Assembly: GCA_021837305.1 (NCBI GenBank)
Contig: JAKBGV010000001.1
Location: 51,129 to 115,128 of the forward strand
Origin: Actinomycetes bacterium
GTDB taxonomy: Bacteria > Actinomycetota > Acidimicrobiia > Acidimicrobiales > RAAP-2
DNA: 64,000 bases
Direction: 5' to 3'
A program made the translations under genes and the position numbers. Below, one piece after another: positions 20,934-30,614 of this stretch. Below the pieces are notes generated by a model. It did no database searches. It saw only the letters and a list, made by a program, of their open reading frames with translations, and was not told where the DNA came from. The first letter of the stretch is position 1; each line of letters opens with the position of its first letter.

Positions 20934-21673
20934 TTGGAACCCTACCGAGTTCGCTGATCGCCGCGTTCCCCCTGGCCTTCGCGGCGGGACTGGTGTCGTT
21001 CGTTTCGCCCTGCGTCTTGCCACTGCTACCGGGCTACCTGGCGTTCCTGAGCGGTGCCACCGGCGGTATCAACGGTCGCACGGGTCGAGGGCGGGCGGTC
21101 GCCGGATCGCTCGCGTTCGTGGTGGGCTTCGCACTCGTCTTCGTGAGCTTCGGCGCCGCCTTCGGCGGGCTCGGCAGCTCGTTGCGCACTCACCAGCGAG
21201 GTCTCGAGATCGCCTTCGGCGCGATCACGATCGTGCTCGGTCTCTTCTTCGCGGGGTGGTGGCCCTCGTCGTGGCTGCAACGTGAGCGGCGTGTTCACCA
21301 CCTGCCACGCGTCTCCGTGCTCGGTGCGGCGTTGTTGGGTGTGCTGTTCGCGCTGGGTTGGACGCCGTGCATCGGTCCGACGCTGGCCGCGATCTTGGGT
21401 CTCGCGGCCTCGTCCTCGGGGGCCACCGCACTGCGGGGATCGATCCTCGCGTTCGTCTACTGTCTCGGACTGGGCTTGCCGTTCGTGGTCGCGGCGATCG
21501 CGACCGAGTGGATGGCCACGGCGTCGAACTGGCTACGTCGGCACCACCGGGTCATCGGACGTATCGGTGGGATCATGTTGATCCTCATCGGTCTGGCCGA
21601 GATCAGTGGCGCATGGCACACGTTCGTGCTCTGGCTCCAGGTGCACTTCCCCGCGACCAACGCGATCCTCTAG
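20930..21673 (+). CDS. ccdA: Cytochrome c biogenesis / thiol-disulfide transporter CcdA
   Basis: AGLVSFVSPCVLPLLPGY and GWTPCIGP motifs. Confidence 0.93.
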   Translation: MIGTLPSSLIAAFPLAFAAGLVSFVSPCVLPLLPGYLAFLSGATGGINGRTGRGRAVAGSLAFVVGFALVFVSFGAAFGGLGSSLRTHQRGLEIAFGAITIVLGLFFAGWWPSSWLQRERRVHHLPRVSVLGAALLGVLFALGWTPCIGPTLAAILGLAASSSGATALRGSILAFVYCLGLGLPFVVAAIATEWMATASNWLRRHHRVIGRIGGIMLILIGLAEISGAWHTFVLWLQVHFPATNAIL

Positions 21674-21708
21674 CCCAACGCGATGAGACGCTCTCGTAGA
21701 CTTCGACC

Positions 21709-22992
21709 ATGAACCTGCGTGAAGACTGGCAGTTCCGGGGACTCATCCATCAAGTCACCGACGACGGCGTCCTGGATCGATTGAGCGCAGGCGGGGTGAC
21801 GGCCTACATCGGCTTTGACCCCACGGCCTCGTCACTGCACCTCGGCGGGCTGCTGCAGATATGTAACCTCCGGCGACTGCAGATCGCGGGGAACCGGCCA
21901 ATCGCATTGGCGGGTGGTGGCACCGGTCTGATCGGCGACCCCAGCTTCAAGGACGCTGAACGCCCCCTCTTGACCCGCGAACAGCTCGAGGCGAATCTCG
22001 ACGGAATCCGTGGCCAGCTCGAACGACTCCTGGACTTTTCGGCCTTGGCGGGCTCGTCGCAGGCGATGGTTCTCAACAACGCGGACTGGCTGACGACCAT
22101 ATCGTTGACCGACTTCCTACGCGACGTCGGTAAGCACTTCACGGTCAACCAGATGGTGGCCAAGGAGTCGGTGCGCAGCCGGTTGGACCGCGAAGACGTT
22201 GGTCTGTCGTTCACCGAGTTCTCCTACATGCTGCTCCAGGCCTATGACTTCCTGCGGCTCAACATCGATCACGGATGCACCCTGCAGTTGGGCGGCTCGG
22301 ACCAATGGGGCAACATCACCATGGGCGCCGAGTTGGTGCGAAAGGTGACGGGCCAGTCCGCTGGCGGCCTCACTTCACCCCTGCTGCTTCGCCCCGACGG
22401 GCGAAAGTACGGGAAGTCCGAGGGCGGCAACGAGCGCGTCTGGCTCGACCCAGCCATGACCTCGCCGTTCGCCCTGCACCAGTTCCTCTTGAACAGCGAG
22501 GACGAGATGACCCCGACACTCCTACGATTCTTCACGTTCCTCGATCACGAGACCATCAGTGAACTGGATGAGTCGCTACGCATCGACCCCCAGGCCCGTC
22601 GAGCTCAGCGCGCCCTCGCGAACGCGGTTGTGGCGATGGTCCACGGCGAGGACGCCGCCCAGCGTTGCGAGCGTGCCGGTGAGGCACTGTTCAACGAGTC
22701 CATCGCCGAGCTGGACGAGGCGACGTTCCTCGAGGTTGTGGCCGATGCGCCGTCGTCCACGGTGGACCGCGAAGTGGTGCGCGCGGGACTGGACCCGGTG
22801 GACGCACTCGTGCAGACTGGACTTGCTTCCTCCAAGGCCGAGGCCCGTCGATTCCTCGAGCAGGGTGGCGTCTACCTGAACAACCGCCGGATCGAGAGCG
22901 AAGCGCGCATCGACCTCTCGATGGCTCTGCACGATCGGTACCTGGTGTTGCGCCGTGGGCGTCGTCTGCTTCACCTCATGGTCGTGGCGTGA
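21709..22992 (+). CDS. tyrS: Tyrosine-tRNA ligase
   Basis: YIGFDPTASSLHLG, QLGGSDQWGNI, KYGKS, C-terminal S4 domain. Confidence 0.98.
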   Translation: MNLREDWQFRGLIHQVTDDGVLDRLSAGGVTAYIGFDPTASSLHLGGLLQICNLRRLQIAGNRPIALAGGGTGLIGDPSFKDAERPLLTREQLEANLDGIRGQLERLLDFSALAGSSQAMVLNNADWLTTISLTDFLRDVGKHFTVNQMVAKESVRSRLDREDVGLSFTEFSYMLLQAYDFLRLNIDHGCTLQLGGSDQWGNITMGAELVRKVTGQSAGGLTSPLLLRPDGRKYGKSEGGNERVWLDPAMTSPFALHQFLLNSEDEMTPTLLRFFTFLDHETISELDESLRIDPQARRAQRALANAVVAMVHGEDAAQRCERAGEALFNESIAELDEATFLEVVADAPSSTVDREVVRAGLDPVDALVQTGLASSKAEARRFLEQGGVYLNNRRIESEARIDLSMALHDRYLVLRRGRRLLHLMVVA

Positions 22993-23420
22993 TCCGCCAC
23001 ATCGGCATTCTGCTTGTGGCGGGTGTGACATTGGCGGCGTGTGGAGCGACGGTGAGTAGCGCGTCAGCGTTGCGCGACTGGGTGTCCCAAAGTGGATTCC
23101 ACGATACGTCCCACGCCCTCGTGACTGACGCACGCCACGCGGTGCGAACCCTCGAAGACCCGTCGACCAGCCCGAAAGTGCTGCACCTGGTCTGTGGGGT
23201 GCTGCTCTATGACACCGAGTCGGCCAACGCGTCGCTGCCCACGCCCGATCAGCAGGCCACGACATTGCTCTCACGGGCCTACACGGACTTCGGCGCCGGT
23301 GCGCATCAGTGTTACGACGCGGGTTCGGACCACGCGCGCCGAACCGCGGCGCTCGAATCCCTGCGAGCCGGGGGCGCGGCCATCGCCGAGGCGACGGCGC
23401 GGATCGCGGCTGCGTCCTAG
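22989..23420 (+). CDS. Hypothetical lipoprotein
   Basis: GTGA overlap with the tyrS stop; hydrophobic signal ending in lipobox LAAC. Confidence 0.65.
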   Translation: MIRHIGILLVAGVTLAACGATVSSASALRDWVSQSGFHDTSHALVTDARHAVRTLEDPSTSPKVLHLVCGVLLYDTESANASLPTPDQQATTLLSRAYTDFGAGAHQCYDAGSDHARRTAALESLRAGGAAIAEATARIAAAS

Positions 23421-23644
23421 TCGCCGGACTTGGGTCGCAGATCGATCTCTAGTCGCAAGATGCCGTCTTCGAGGGTCGCCACGGCGTCCCCGAGCATCGC
23501 GAAGTCCTGGAAGTCAATGCGGGCGGCCTCGATGAATTGCTGTCGCTCGGGCCCCTCAACGGGCGGGAAACCACGCCGTTTCACGGCCTCGGCGCGCTCG
23601 CGGAATCGAAGGACCATCTCGTTGGGGTCAAAGGCTGGGCTCAC
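23417..23644 (-). CDS. Small hypothetical protein (75 aa)
   Basis: TAACAT -10 box 6 nt before GTG; protein-like composition; fills the gap between neighbours. Confidence 0.7.
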   Translation of the reverse strand: MSPAFDPNEMVLRFRERAEAVKRRGFPPVEGPERQQFIEAARIDFQDFAMLGDAVATLEDGILRLEIDLRPKSGD

Positions 23645-23758
23645 GAGTCGATGTTAGGGGTTCAGAAGGCCAGGTGAGTTGGTAACATGGGGGTTCGGCG
23701 TGCGAGAGCGACGCTGCGGTTGCCGCCAGTTATGGACTGCGACCAGTGAGGAGTTGAC

Positions 23759-23971
23759 GTGAAAAAAGGCCGCCACCGTCGGTTTGTTGAAGCTCGCGAA
23801 CTCAAGCGATCTACTGGGCCACGGGCGACGACCTGCGTCGAGTGCGGTGCCGCGCCCGAGGATGTCCACGCGGAGTGGTGCCTCGCCGAAGAAGACCGCT
23901 ACGACGAGATCCTCGGCAAGTTACCTCGTACGGCGTTCGCCGAAGACGATCCACTCGCGGCCGAGGGTTAA
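23759..23971 (+). CDS. Small hypothetical protein with CxxC..HxxxC motif
   Basis: GAGGAG RBS at 23748-23753 before GTG; CVECG..HAEWC. Confidence 0.6.
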   Translation: MKKGRHRRFVEARELKRSTGPRATTCVECGAAPEDVHAEWCLAEEDRYDEILGKLPRTAFAEDDPLAAEG

Positions 23972-24708
23972 TCCCGGCGACGTAGCACGGGGTGGGCGAG
24001 TCTGGTCCGAGTCGGGAGTTTCGACCGGTGTGTCACGTACGCGAGGAGTCGGGTGTACACGTCCTCGCCGGCCATGGCGATTAGTTCGTCGCGCATTGAA
24101 TCGATGACGCGCGTCGCGCCCACAAAGGCGTCCGGTGACTCGGTGCACCACCAGTGGAAGTCGAATCCGCCGTCGCCCCAATCGCGTCGTTCCCATTGAC
24201 CGATCCGCGTTACGACGTGACCGCTGTCGGTGACCTCGTCGTCACGATGGAGTGGGAGTTGCCAACAGACGTCTGGCTTGAGCGGGATGTAGCTCTCGTC
24301 GTTGTCCATGGCGAGCACGTGCAGGGCGCAGCCTGGACCCCGATGGAAGCCGGGCCGGTTGAGGAAGATGCACGCATCTTGTACCAGGCGGGTGACGATT
24401 TCACCGTTGCGCTTGACGCGCGTGGTCCCCTGGGCGCCCTTCTTCTTGAACTGCCACTGGTCATCGGTGAGCCGGGTGGCGGCCAACTCGACACGTTGGC
24501 GGTCCGCTTCATCGGTGAAGTGGGCGCCGTAACTGCAACACCCTTGCACGAGTTCGGGCGTCGGCCCCGTGAGCACACCCTGGCAGCCGTGGCCGAAGAT
24601 GCAGGTCCAATTGCTTTCGAGGAACGTGACGTCGAACATCCAGGTGCGCTGGACGCCCGCGTCATCGAAACTCACCCACTCGTGGGCGTCGGGAGGTATC
24701 GAAGTCAC
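23968..24708 (-). CDS. Cys-rich hypothetical protein (putative Fe-S/Zn binding)
   Basis: WTCIFGHGC, GCCSYGAHF, ACIFL, GCALH, KPDVCWQLP, WWC; leaderless-type -10 box TAGTTT. Confidence 0.8.
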   Translation of the reverse strand: MTSIPPDAHEWVSFDDAGVQRTWMFDVTFLESNWTCIFGHGCQGVLTGPTPELVQGCCSYGAHFTDEADRQRVELAATRLTDDQWQFKKKGAQGTTRVKRNGEIVTRLVQDACIFLNRPGFHRGPGCALHVLAMDNDESYIPLKPDVCWQLPLHRDDEVTDSGHVVTRIGQWERRDWGDGGFDFHWWCTESPDAFVGATRVIDSMRDELIAMAGEDVYTRLLAYVTHRSKLPTRTRLAHPVLRRRD

Positions 24709-24761
24709 GGCACGAAACTACTCCGAGGTCAGGTCGAGCACGTCGCCCCTAGACTTTGGTC

Positions 24762-25415
24762 ATGACTACCGTCGAGACATTTGACGTCCTCACTCTGACC
24801 GATGAAGCGCGCAACGTAGTGATCGACGCGCTCGCCAACGAGCAACGCAGCGAGGATCTGGCCTTGTTCATCGAGGTGACGGGTACCCGTTCGGGTGGGT
24901 ACACCTACGACCTCTATTTCTCAGACCGCGTGGACGCGCCGGCCGATGCGGCCATCGGGCGCGACGGTGACGTGACCATCGTCGTTCCGGCGGCGAGCGT
25001 GGCGAGGCTGCGGGGAAGCCGGCTGGAGTTCGCACCCGACGGCGGGGGCGGCCTGATCCTTGTCAACCCCAACGCACCCACCGCCGAGGAGTTGCACCCC
25101 GGGGTGCCGGCGGACATCATCGCCTTCGGCGTCGACGGACCACTCGCCAAGCGCGCGATCGAGGTCCTTGAGTCAACGATCAACCCCTCCATCGCGGCCC
25201 ACGGCGGCAACGCCGACCTGGTTGCCTTGGACGAGGACAAGCGGGTGGCCTACATCATGATGGGCGGTGGATGCCAGGGGTGCTCACTCAGTCGGATGAC
25301 GCTGTCCCAGGGCATCGAGACCGCGCTCGTCGAAGCCATACCGGAACTGACGAGTGTCGTCGACGTCACGGACCACGCCTCGGGTGTGAACCCCTTCTAC
25401 TCCGACGACCACTAA
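24762..25415 (+). CDS. NfuA-like Fe-S cluster biogenesis protein (degenerate ATC domain + NifU C-terminal domain)
   Basis: INPSIAAHGG, MGGGCQGC, VDVTDHASG.NPFY. Confidence 0.9.
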   Translation: MTTVETFDVLTLTDEARNVVIDALANEQRSEDLALFIEVTGTRSGGYTYDLYFSDRVDAPADAAIGRDGDVTIVVPAASVARLRGSRLEFAPDGGGGLILVNPNAPTAEELHPGVPADIIAFGVDGPLAKRAIEVLESTINPSIAAHGGNADLVALDEDKRVAYIMMGGGCQGCSLSRMTLSQGIETALVEAIPELTSVVDVTDHASGVNPFYSDDH

Positions 25416-25446
25416 CCGCCGGAGTCGCCTGTCCTAGAATCGTGCG

Positions 25447-26631
25447 ATGTTGCGATTCCTGACCGCGGGTGAGAGTCATGGACCGTCCTTGACGGTCATC
25501 GTTGAGGGCCTGCCGTCCGGTCTGGAGATCCGTGAGGAGCAGATCGCCGACGAGCTGGCGAGGCGTCGGCTCGGTTTCGGTCGGGGCCCGCGGATGCGCT
25601 TCGAACGCGACGTGTTGCGCCTGACCGGGGGGATCCGTCACGGGCGCACCCTTGGCTCACCCATCGCTATCGAGATCCTTAACTCCGAGTGGCCCAAGTG
25701 GGAGCTCGAGATGTCCGCAGCCCCGGGCGCGCCTAGCAAGAAACTCACGGCGCCTCGACCGGGGCACGCCGACCTCGCCGGGATGCAGAAGTACGGCTTC
25801 GACGACGCTCGTGACGTGCTCGAGCGCGCGAGCGCGCGTGAGACCGCCGCCCGGGTCGTGGCGGGCTCGCTCGCGAAGTCACTGTTGGCGACCATCGGTA
25901 TCTCGGTGATCAGCCACGTCGTGCGCATCGGGTCGGTGGCCGCACCCGCGGACCGGCGCCCTTCGGTCGACGACCTCGCGACGGTCGACCAGAATGAGGT
26001 GCGGTGCTTCGACGAGGCGACGGCCCAGTCGATGATCGCCGAGATCAAGGCGGCCGCCAAGCAGGGAGACTCCCTCGGTGGTATCGCCGAGGTCATCGCC
26101 TTCGGCGTGCCGGTCGGAATCGGCAGTCACGTTCACTGGGACCGTAAGCTCGACGGGCTGCTCGCCGGGGCGCTCATGAGCATCCAGGCGGTCAAGGCGG
26201 TGGAGATCGGTGACGGGATGGTCCAGGCGTCCCAGCGCGGCAGCGTGGCCCACGACGCGATCGTCCGCGACGAGGCGGCGTCGAGCGGCGGGGGATACGC
26301 CCGTCGCTCTGACCACGCAGGTGGTCTCGAGGGTGGGATCTCGTCGGGCGCACCGATTATCGCCAAGGTCGCGATGAAGCCACTCGCGACGTTGAATCGA
26401 CCGGTGCTGGAGACGGTCGACCTGGCGACGGGCGAGTCGACAGTCTCGTTCAAAGAGCGCACTGACGTCACCGCCGTTCCCGCGCTGGGCGTGGTCGCCG
26501 AGGCGATGACCGCGCTCGTGCTCGCGAGTGAGACCCAGCGCAAGTTCGGTGGCGATTCGGTGGCGGAGTTCTCGCGCAACTGCCGCTCCTACGTCGAACA
26601 ACTCGGTGCGGCGCCCTCGGCGCGCGAGTAG
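25447..26631 (+). CDS. aroC: Chorismate synthase
   Basis: MLRFLTAGESHG, PRPGHADL, ERASARETAARV. Confidence 0.98.
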   Translation: MLRFLTAGESHGPSLTVIVEGLPSGLEIREEQIADELARRRLGFGRGPRMRFERDVLRLTGGIRHGRTLGSPIAIEILNSEWPKWELEMSAAPGAPSKKLTAPRPGHADLAGMQKYGFDDARDVLERASARETAARVVAGSLAKSLLATIGISVISHVVRIGSVAAPADRRPSVDDLATVDQNEVRCFDEATAQSMIAEIKAAAKQGDSLGGIAEVIAFGVPVGIGSHVHWDRKLDGLLAGALMSIQAVKAVEIGDGMVQASQRGSVAHDAIVRDEAASSGGGYARRSDHAGGLEGGISSGAPIIAKVAMKPLATLNRPVLETVDLATGESTVSFKERTDVTAVPALGVVAEAMTALVLASETQRKFGGDSVAEFSRNCRSYVEQLGAAPSARE

Positions 26632-26633
26632 TC

Positions 26634-27128
26634 GTGGCCCGGTTGGTCTTGGTCGGCCTGCCCGGCGCGGGTAAGACGACCGTGGCGCGCGCCGTGGGAG
26701 CGCGACTGGGCTGTCGGGCCATAGACACCGATGAGGTGCTCGCGGCCATGGTGGCGTCGCCGGCCCCTGATCACCTACGTGCGGTGGGCGAAGCGCGTTT
26801 TCGCCTCGACGAGGTCGCGGCCTTGTCCGCGAGTGTCGCGCACGAGGACGTCGTGTCCACCGGCGGTGGCGTCGTCGAGAGCGAGGCCGCCCGTCAGATC
26901 CTCGCCGCCCAGCTCACCCTCTGGCTCGATGCACCTGATGACGTTCTCGTGTCGCGGGTGGGAGACGGCGACCGACCACTGCTCGCCGGTGACGCACGTT
27001 CGGCGATAGCTGCCCTGCGGGCGCGGCGCGGCGCCTGGTATCGCGACGTCGCTCGAGCGCGAATCGACGCCGCGGGACCAATCGAGGTCGTGGTGGAGGA
27101 CGTGTTGCGTGCGATGATGGCCTCATGA
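26634..27128 (+). CDS. aroK: Shikimate kinase
   Basis: GLPGAGKTT, GEARFR..E, STGGG, RPLL. Confidence 0.94.
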   Translation: MARLVLVGLPGAGKTTVARAVGARLGCRAIDTDEVLAAMVASPAPDHLRAVGEARFRLDEVAALSASVAHEDVVSTGGGVVESEAARQILAAQLTLWLDAPDDVLVSRVGDGDRPLLAGDARSAIAALRARRGAWYRDVARARIDAAGPIEVVVEDVLRAMMAS

Positions 27129-28174
27129 AATTCGACGTCACCCTGGGCGATCGCGGCTACGAGGTCCGTACCGGTGCCGGCGCAAGACGTGAGCTCGCGG
27201 GGCTGATCGCTTCGCGCGCCCCGCGGGCACGGACCGCGGCGATCGTGACCTCGGCGGGCCTCGTGGACCAGCCCTGGTTCGAGCTGGACTGCGGCCTTGA
27301 TCAGCACGTAGTGGTGGTCCCCGACGGGGAGACGGCCAAGACCATGGCGGCGGTGGAGTATCTCTGCGAACGGTTCGTCTCGCTGGGTCTGTCGCGCGAC
27401 GACATCGTGGTGGGTGTCGGCGGTGGTGCGGTGACCGATCTCGCGGGCTTCGCTGCGGCGGTGTACCTGCGCGGCGTCGGTGTGGTCCAGGTACCGACGT
27501 CCCTGGTCGGACAGGTGGACGCGGCGATCGGTGGTAAGACCGGCGTCAACCTGACGGTCGGCAAGAACCTGGTCGGCGCCTTCCACCAGCCACTCGGCGT
27601 GCTCTGTGACACCGAGGTCCTCGACACCTTGCCCGAGCGCGAGTGGGGGAGCGGCCGTGGGGAAGTCGCCAAGTGCTGGCTCCTCGAGCGGCGCGACACT
27701 GACGCGATCGCCACCGCCACGCGCGAGGACCTGGTCGCGTTGTGCGTGGGGCTGAAGGCCGCCATCGTGTCCGACGACGAGCGCGAGCAGGGGCGACGCG
27801 CCCTGCTCAATTACGGTCACACGCTCGGACACGCGGTCGAGCTGCTGGCGTTGGCCCGGGACCCTGATGAGCTGCGCCACGGCGAGGCGGTCGCGATCGG
27901 GCTCGCGTTCGCCGCCCGGTTGGCGCACGAACTCGGGCGGACCGACGAAGACTCGGTCCGCGGCCACGACGCCGTCCTGGACGCCTTCCAGCTGCCGAGA
28001 TCGCTACCGGACGCGATGACGAGCGAACGCCTCATCACGGTCATGCAGCGAGACAAGAAGGCGCACCACGACCTCACGTTCGTGCTCGACGGACCGGCGG
28101 GGTTCGAGGTCGTGACGGGCGTGGCGGTCGACGTGGTCGCTCGGGTCATCGATCGCTTCCGCCTGGAATCTTGA
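27125..28174 (+). CDS. aroB: 3-dehydroquinate synthase
   Basis: GGGAVTDLAGF, DAAIGGKTGVN, LNYGHTLGHAVE, HGEAVAIG. Confidence 0.97.
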   Translation: MKFDVTLGDRGYEVRTGAGARRELAGLIASRAPRARTAAIVTSAGLVDQPWFELDCGLDQHVVVVPDGETAKTMAAVEYLCERFVSLGLSRDDIVVGVGGGAVTDLAGFAAAVYLRGVGVVQVPTSLVGQVDAAIGGKTGVNLTVGKNLVGAFHQPLGVLCDTEVLDTLPEREWGSGRGEVAKCWLLERRDTDAIATATREDLVALCVGLKAAIVSDDEREQGRRALLNYGHTLGHAVELLALARDPDELRHGEAVAIGLAFAARLAHELGRTDEDSVRGHDAVLDAFQLPRSLPDAMTSERLITVMQRDKKAHHDLTFVLDGPAGFEVVTGVAVDVVARVIDRFRLES

Positions 28175-28217
28175 TGCCGGTGCCGAGGGGCGATAGTGTG
28201 ACGCCGATGACCACCGG

Positions 28218-28733
28218 GTGTTCGCGACTGTCGTCGGGGTCAACGGGGCCCAGACGCGAGGGACGGTGACGGTGGTCGAGGACCAGAGCGCAGCGACGCG
28301 GGAGTTGCTGCTCTTGTCGGGACCGAACCTCGACCAGCTCGGGGTGCGCGACGTCTCGGTGTACGGGTCGATGACACTTGAGGAGCACGTCGAGCGGGTG
28401 CGCACGGCGGCCGTGCGGTTTGCCCTCAGCGTTCGTCACGTGCAGTCGAACTTCGAAGGTGACCTCATCGAGGCGGTTCACGGTGCGCGTGGTCGCTCAG
28501 CGGCCATCGTGATCAACGCGGGGGCGTTGACCCATACGTCGTGGGCGCTCACGGACGCGTTGGCGATCTTCCCCGGGGTCAAGGTGGAGATCCATCTGTC
28601 CAATCCCGCCGCCCGTGAGCCATTTCGCCACGTCAGCACCCTGGCCGGCGTGGTCGACGGGTCAATCGCCGGCTTCGGTGAGCTCAGCTACGACCTCGCG
28701 CTGGTGGCCGTCGTGGAGCTGCTCGGGACCTGA
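28218..28733 (+). CDS. aroQ: Type II 3-dehydroquinate dehydratase (start uncertain, may be downstream)
   Basis: GPNLDQLG.R...YG, QSNFEG, INAGALTHTS, EIHLSN...RE.FRH.S. Confidence 0.93.
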   Translation: MFATVVGVNGAQTRGTVTVVEDQSAATRELLLLSGPNLDQLGVRDVSVYGSMTLEEHVERVRTAAVRFALSVRHVQSNFEGDLIEAVHGARGRSAAIVINAGALTHTSWALTDALAIFPGVKVEIHLSNPAAREPFRHVSTLAGVVDGSIAGFGELSYDLALVAVVELLGT

Positions 28734-28772
28734 CGCGCCAGGGACGTCTGAGCTTGCGATTAAAGCTAAGCC

Positions 28773-29132
28773 CTACTCGCTGACGTCTTCTTTCAGGATC
28801 AGTTCGGCGGCTTTCGCGTCAACGGTTCGTATCTGGGCGAGTAGGTCACGGATGCGGCGGTCGTTGCCTATCCACTCCAGGTAGAGCTCAGCCTCGCGGG
28901 CGTTCAACCTGCGAGTGACCGTCTTGCCGTTCACTTTTGCGGTCCACTGCCAATATGGCCCGTGCAGCGTTGGTGGATCGGCGTTGCAGCGGCATCCCGT
29001 TGAGGTGCAGCGGGTGTAGCGACGGGTCACGCTCCCGGCAGCAATGATGCCGACTTCGGAGATTTGCGCGGCCAACTCTCGGTGACGCTGTTCCAGCTTC
29101 GCCAGCCGCTCCGCGACGCTCGTCCTGGCCAT
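28773..29132 (-). CDS. DUF6788-like transposon-associated small protein
   Basis: GSV..RYTRC....CRC......HGPYWQWT...GKTVTRRL pattern; GAGGAGG RBS. Confidence 0.8.
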   Translation of the reverse strand: MARTSVAERLAKLEQRHRELAAQISEVGIIAAGSVTRRYTRCTSTGCRCNADPPTLHGPYWQWTAKVNGKTVTRRLNAREAELYLEWIGNDRRIRDLLAQIRTVDAKAAELILKEDVSE

Positions 29133-29194
29133 GGTGTCCTCCTCTCGACAAGAGCATCCCTCATTCGGTAACTGACAGTAAGCATACTGTCTGC

Positions 29195-30548
29195 ATGGGA
29201 CCCTTGGACGAAACCGCCACCGAACTGATCGACTTTCGCCACTCGCTGCACCAGTGTCTGAACCCCTGGGGCGACGCGCTCTTCGAGTTGTGCGACGCAG
29301 TGCTGTGCTCGCCCTCTCGCGTTGACTGCGTGCCGGCTCTCAGCCTGGAGCCGGAGTTTCGGCGCAGTCACGGTTCGCTCTATAAGGCGCTGGAACGTGG
29401 TGGGGTCGACGAAGACCAACTGCGTCGTCTCCTGATTGCTCACCGGCCTGAAGGGTGGCCACCGGTCTTCGCCCTCGACGCGTCCACCTGGGCGCGACGA
29501 GACGCCGAGACCAGTCCCGAACGGGGTTTTCACTACTCGGCCTCGCAGCACTCGGGCTCAAAGCCCATCGTGCCCGGCTGGTCTTTTCAGTGGATCAGCC
29601 AGTTGGACTGGGCCCACGATTCGTGGACGGCACCGCTGGACGCGCTGCGCATCACGCCAGCTGAGAACGCCACCGACGCCACGATTCGCCAGGTTCTTCG
29701 CCTCGTGGCGGCGCTCGAAGAGGGTAATGGCGCTGGCGGGTCACCGCTGTTCGTCTTTGACGCGGGCTACGACCCCATCGCTATCGGTGACGGACTGTCG
29801 GGGGTGAACGCCCAGGCCCTCGTCGATCAGTTCCAAACGAGTGTTCCACTTCGATCCGGCCCCACCAACGGGTGGCCGCGGTCGACCACCGCGTCACGGG
29901 GCGCGGTTCTCTCTTTCGAGTCCTGAGACCTGGACCACTCCGGACGCAGAGCTCAACTCTCACGACCCGCGCTATGGACGAGTCAACGTGCGGGTGTGGC
30001 ACCAGCTGCACCCGCAGTTGATGACCCGGGGCCACTGGGCCGCGTCGATCTCGCTACCGATCATTCGCGGCAGTGTCATTCGCGTCGAGGTCGAACACTT
30101 GCCCAAAGGTTCGACGGCGGTGAAGAAGACGTTGTGGCTCTGGTGGTCGGGACCCACTGAGCCCGATCTGGACCTCTGCTGGCGGGCCTACCTGCGACGC
30201 TTCGACATTGAGCACACGTTTCGCTTCGTGAAGAACACGCTCGGCTGGACCACGCCGGCCCTGCGAACACCCAAGCAGGCCGAACGCTGGACGTGGCTCG
30301 TTCTCGCGGCCTACACGCAACTTCGTCTCGCTCGTGAGCTCGTTGAAGACCAGCGACTGCCCTGGGAGAAGCACCGTCACCCTTCGCGACTCAGCCCCAT
30401 GAGGGTTCGCCGGGGATTTTCCCGACTGCGTGCACGGATCGGCACTCCAGCGCATCCACCGAAATTCACCAAGCCAGGTCCCGGACGTCCCAAGGGCACT
30501 CAGAAACCACCAAGAACTCGTTATCCGGTGGTTAAGAAAGCAGCGTGA
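29195..30548 (+). pseudogene. Frameshifted DDE transposase (IS4/IS701-like, actinobacterial 'GPGRP-tail' type)
   Basis: Two overlapping ORFs (29195-29926, 29841-30548) that join near 29825: ALDASTW, VFDAGYD, YLRRFDIEHTFRFVKNTLGW, PGPGRPKG. Confidence 0.85.
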
Positions 30549-30614
30549 CGAAGTCCGAAGGTTTAATCACGAGCTGAGAGGCTGTGTTCTATTTGGCGAG
30601 TGCGCCAAGTCCTG

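Larger units (their letters stand above)
28752..30574. mobile_element. TIR-bounded IS (IS4/IS701-like DDE transposase) carrying a divergent DUF6788-like gene
   Basis: Ends GCTTGCGATTAAAG and GTTTAATCACGAGC are inverted repeats (11/14 match); TGA on both sides (28749-28751, 30575-30577) as a 3-bp TSD. Confidence 0.8.
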
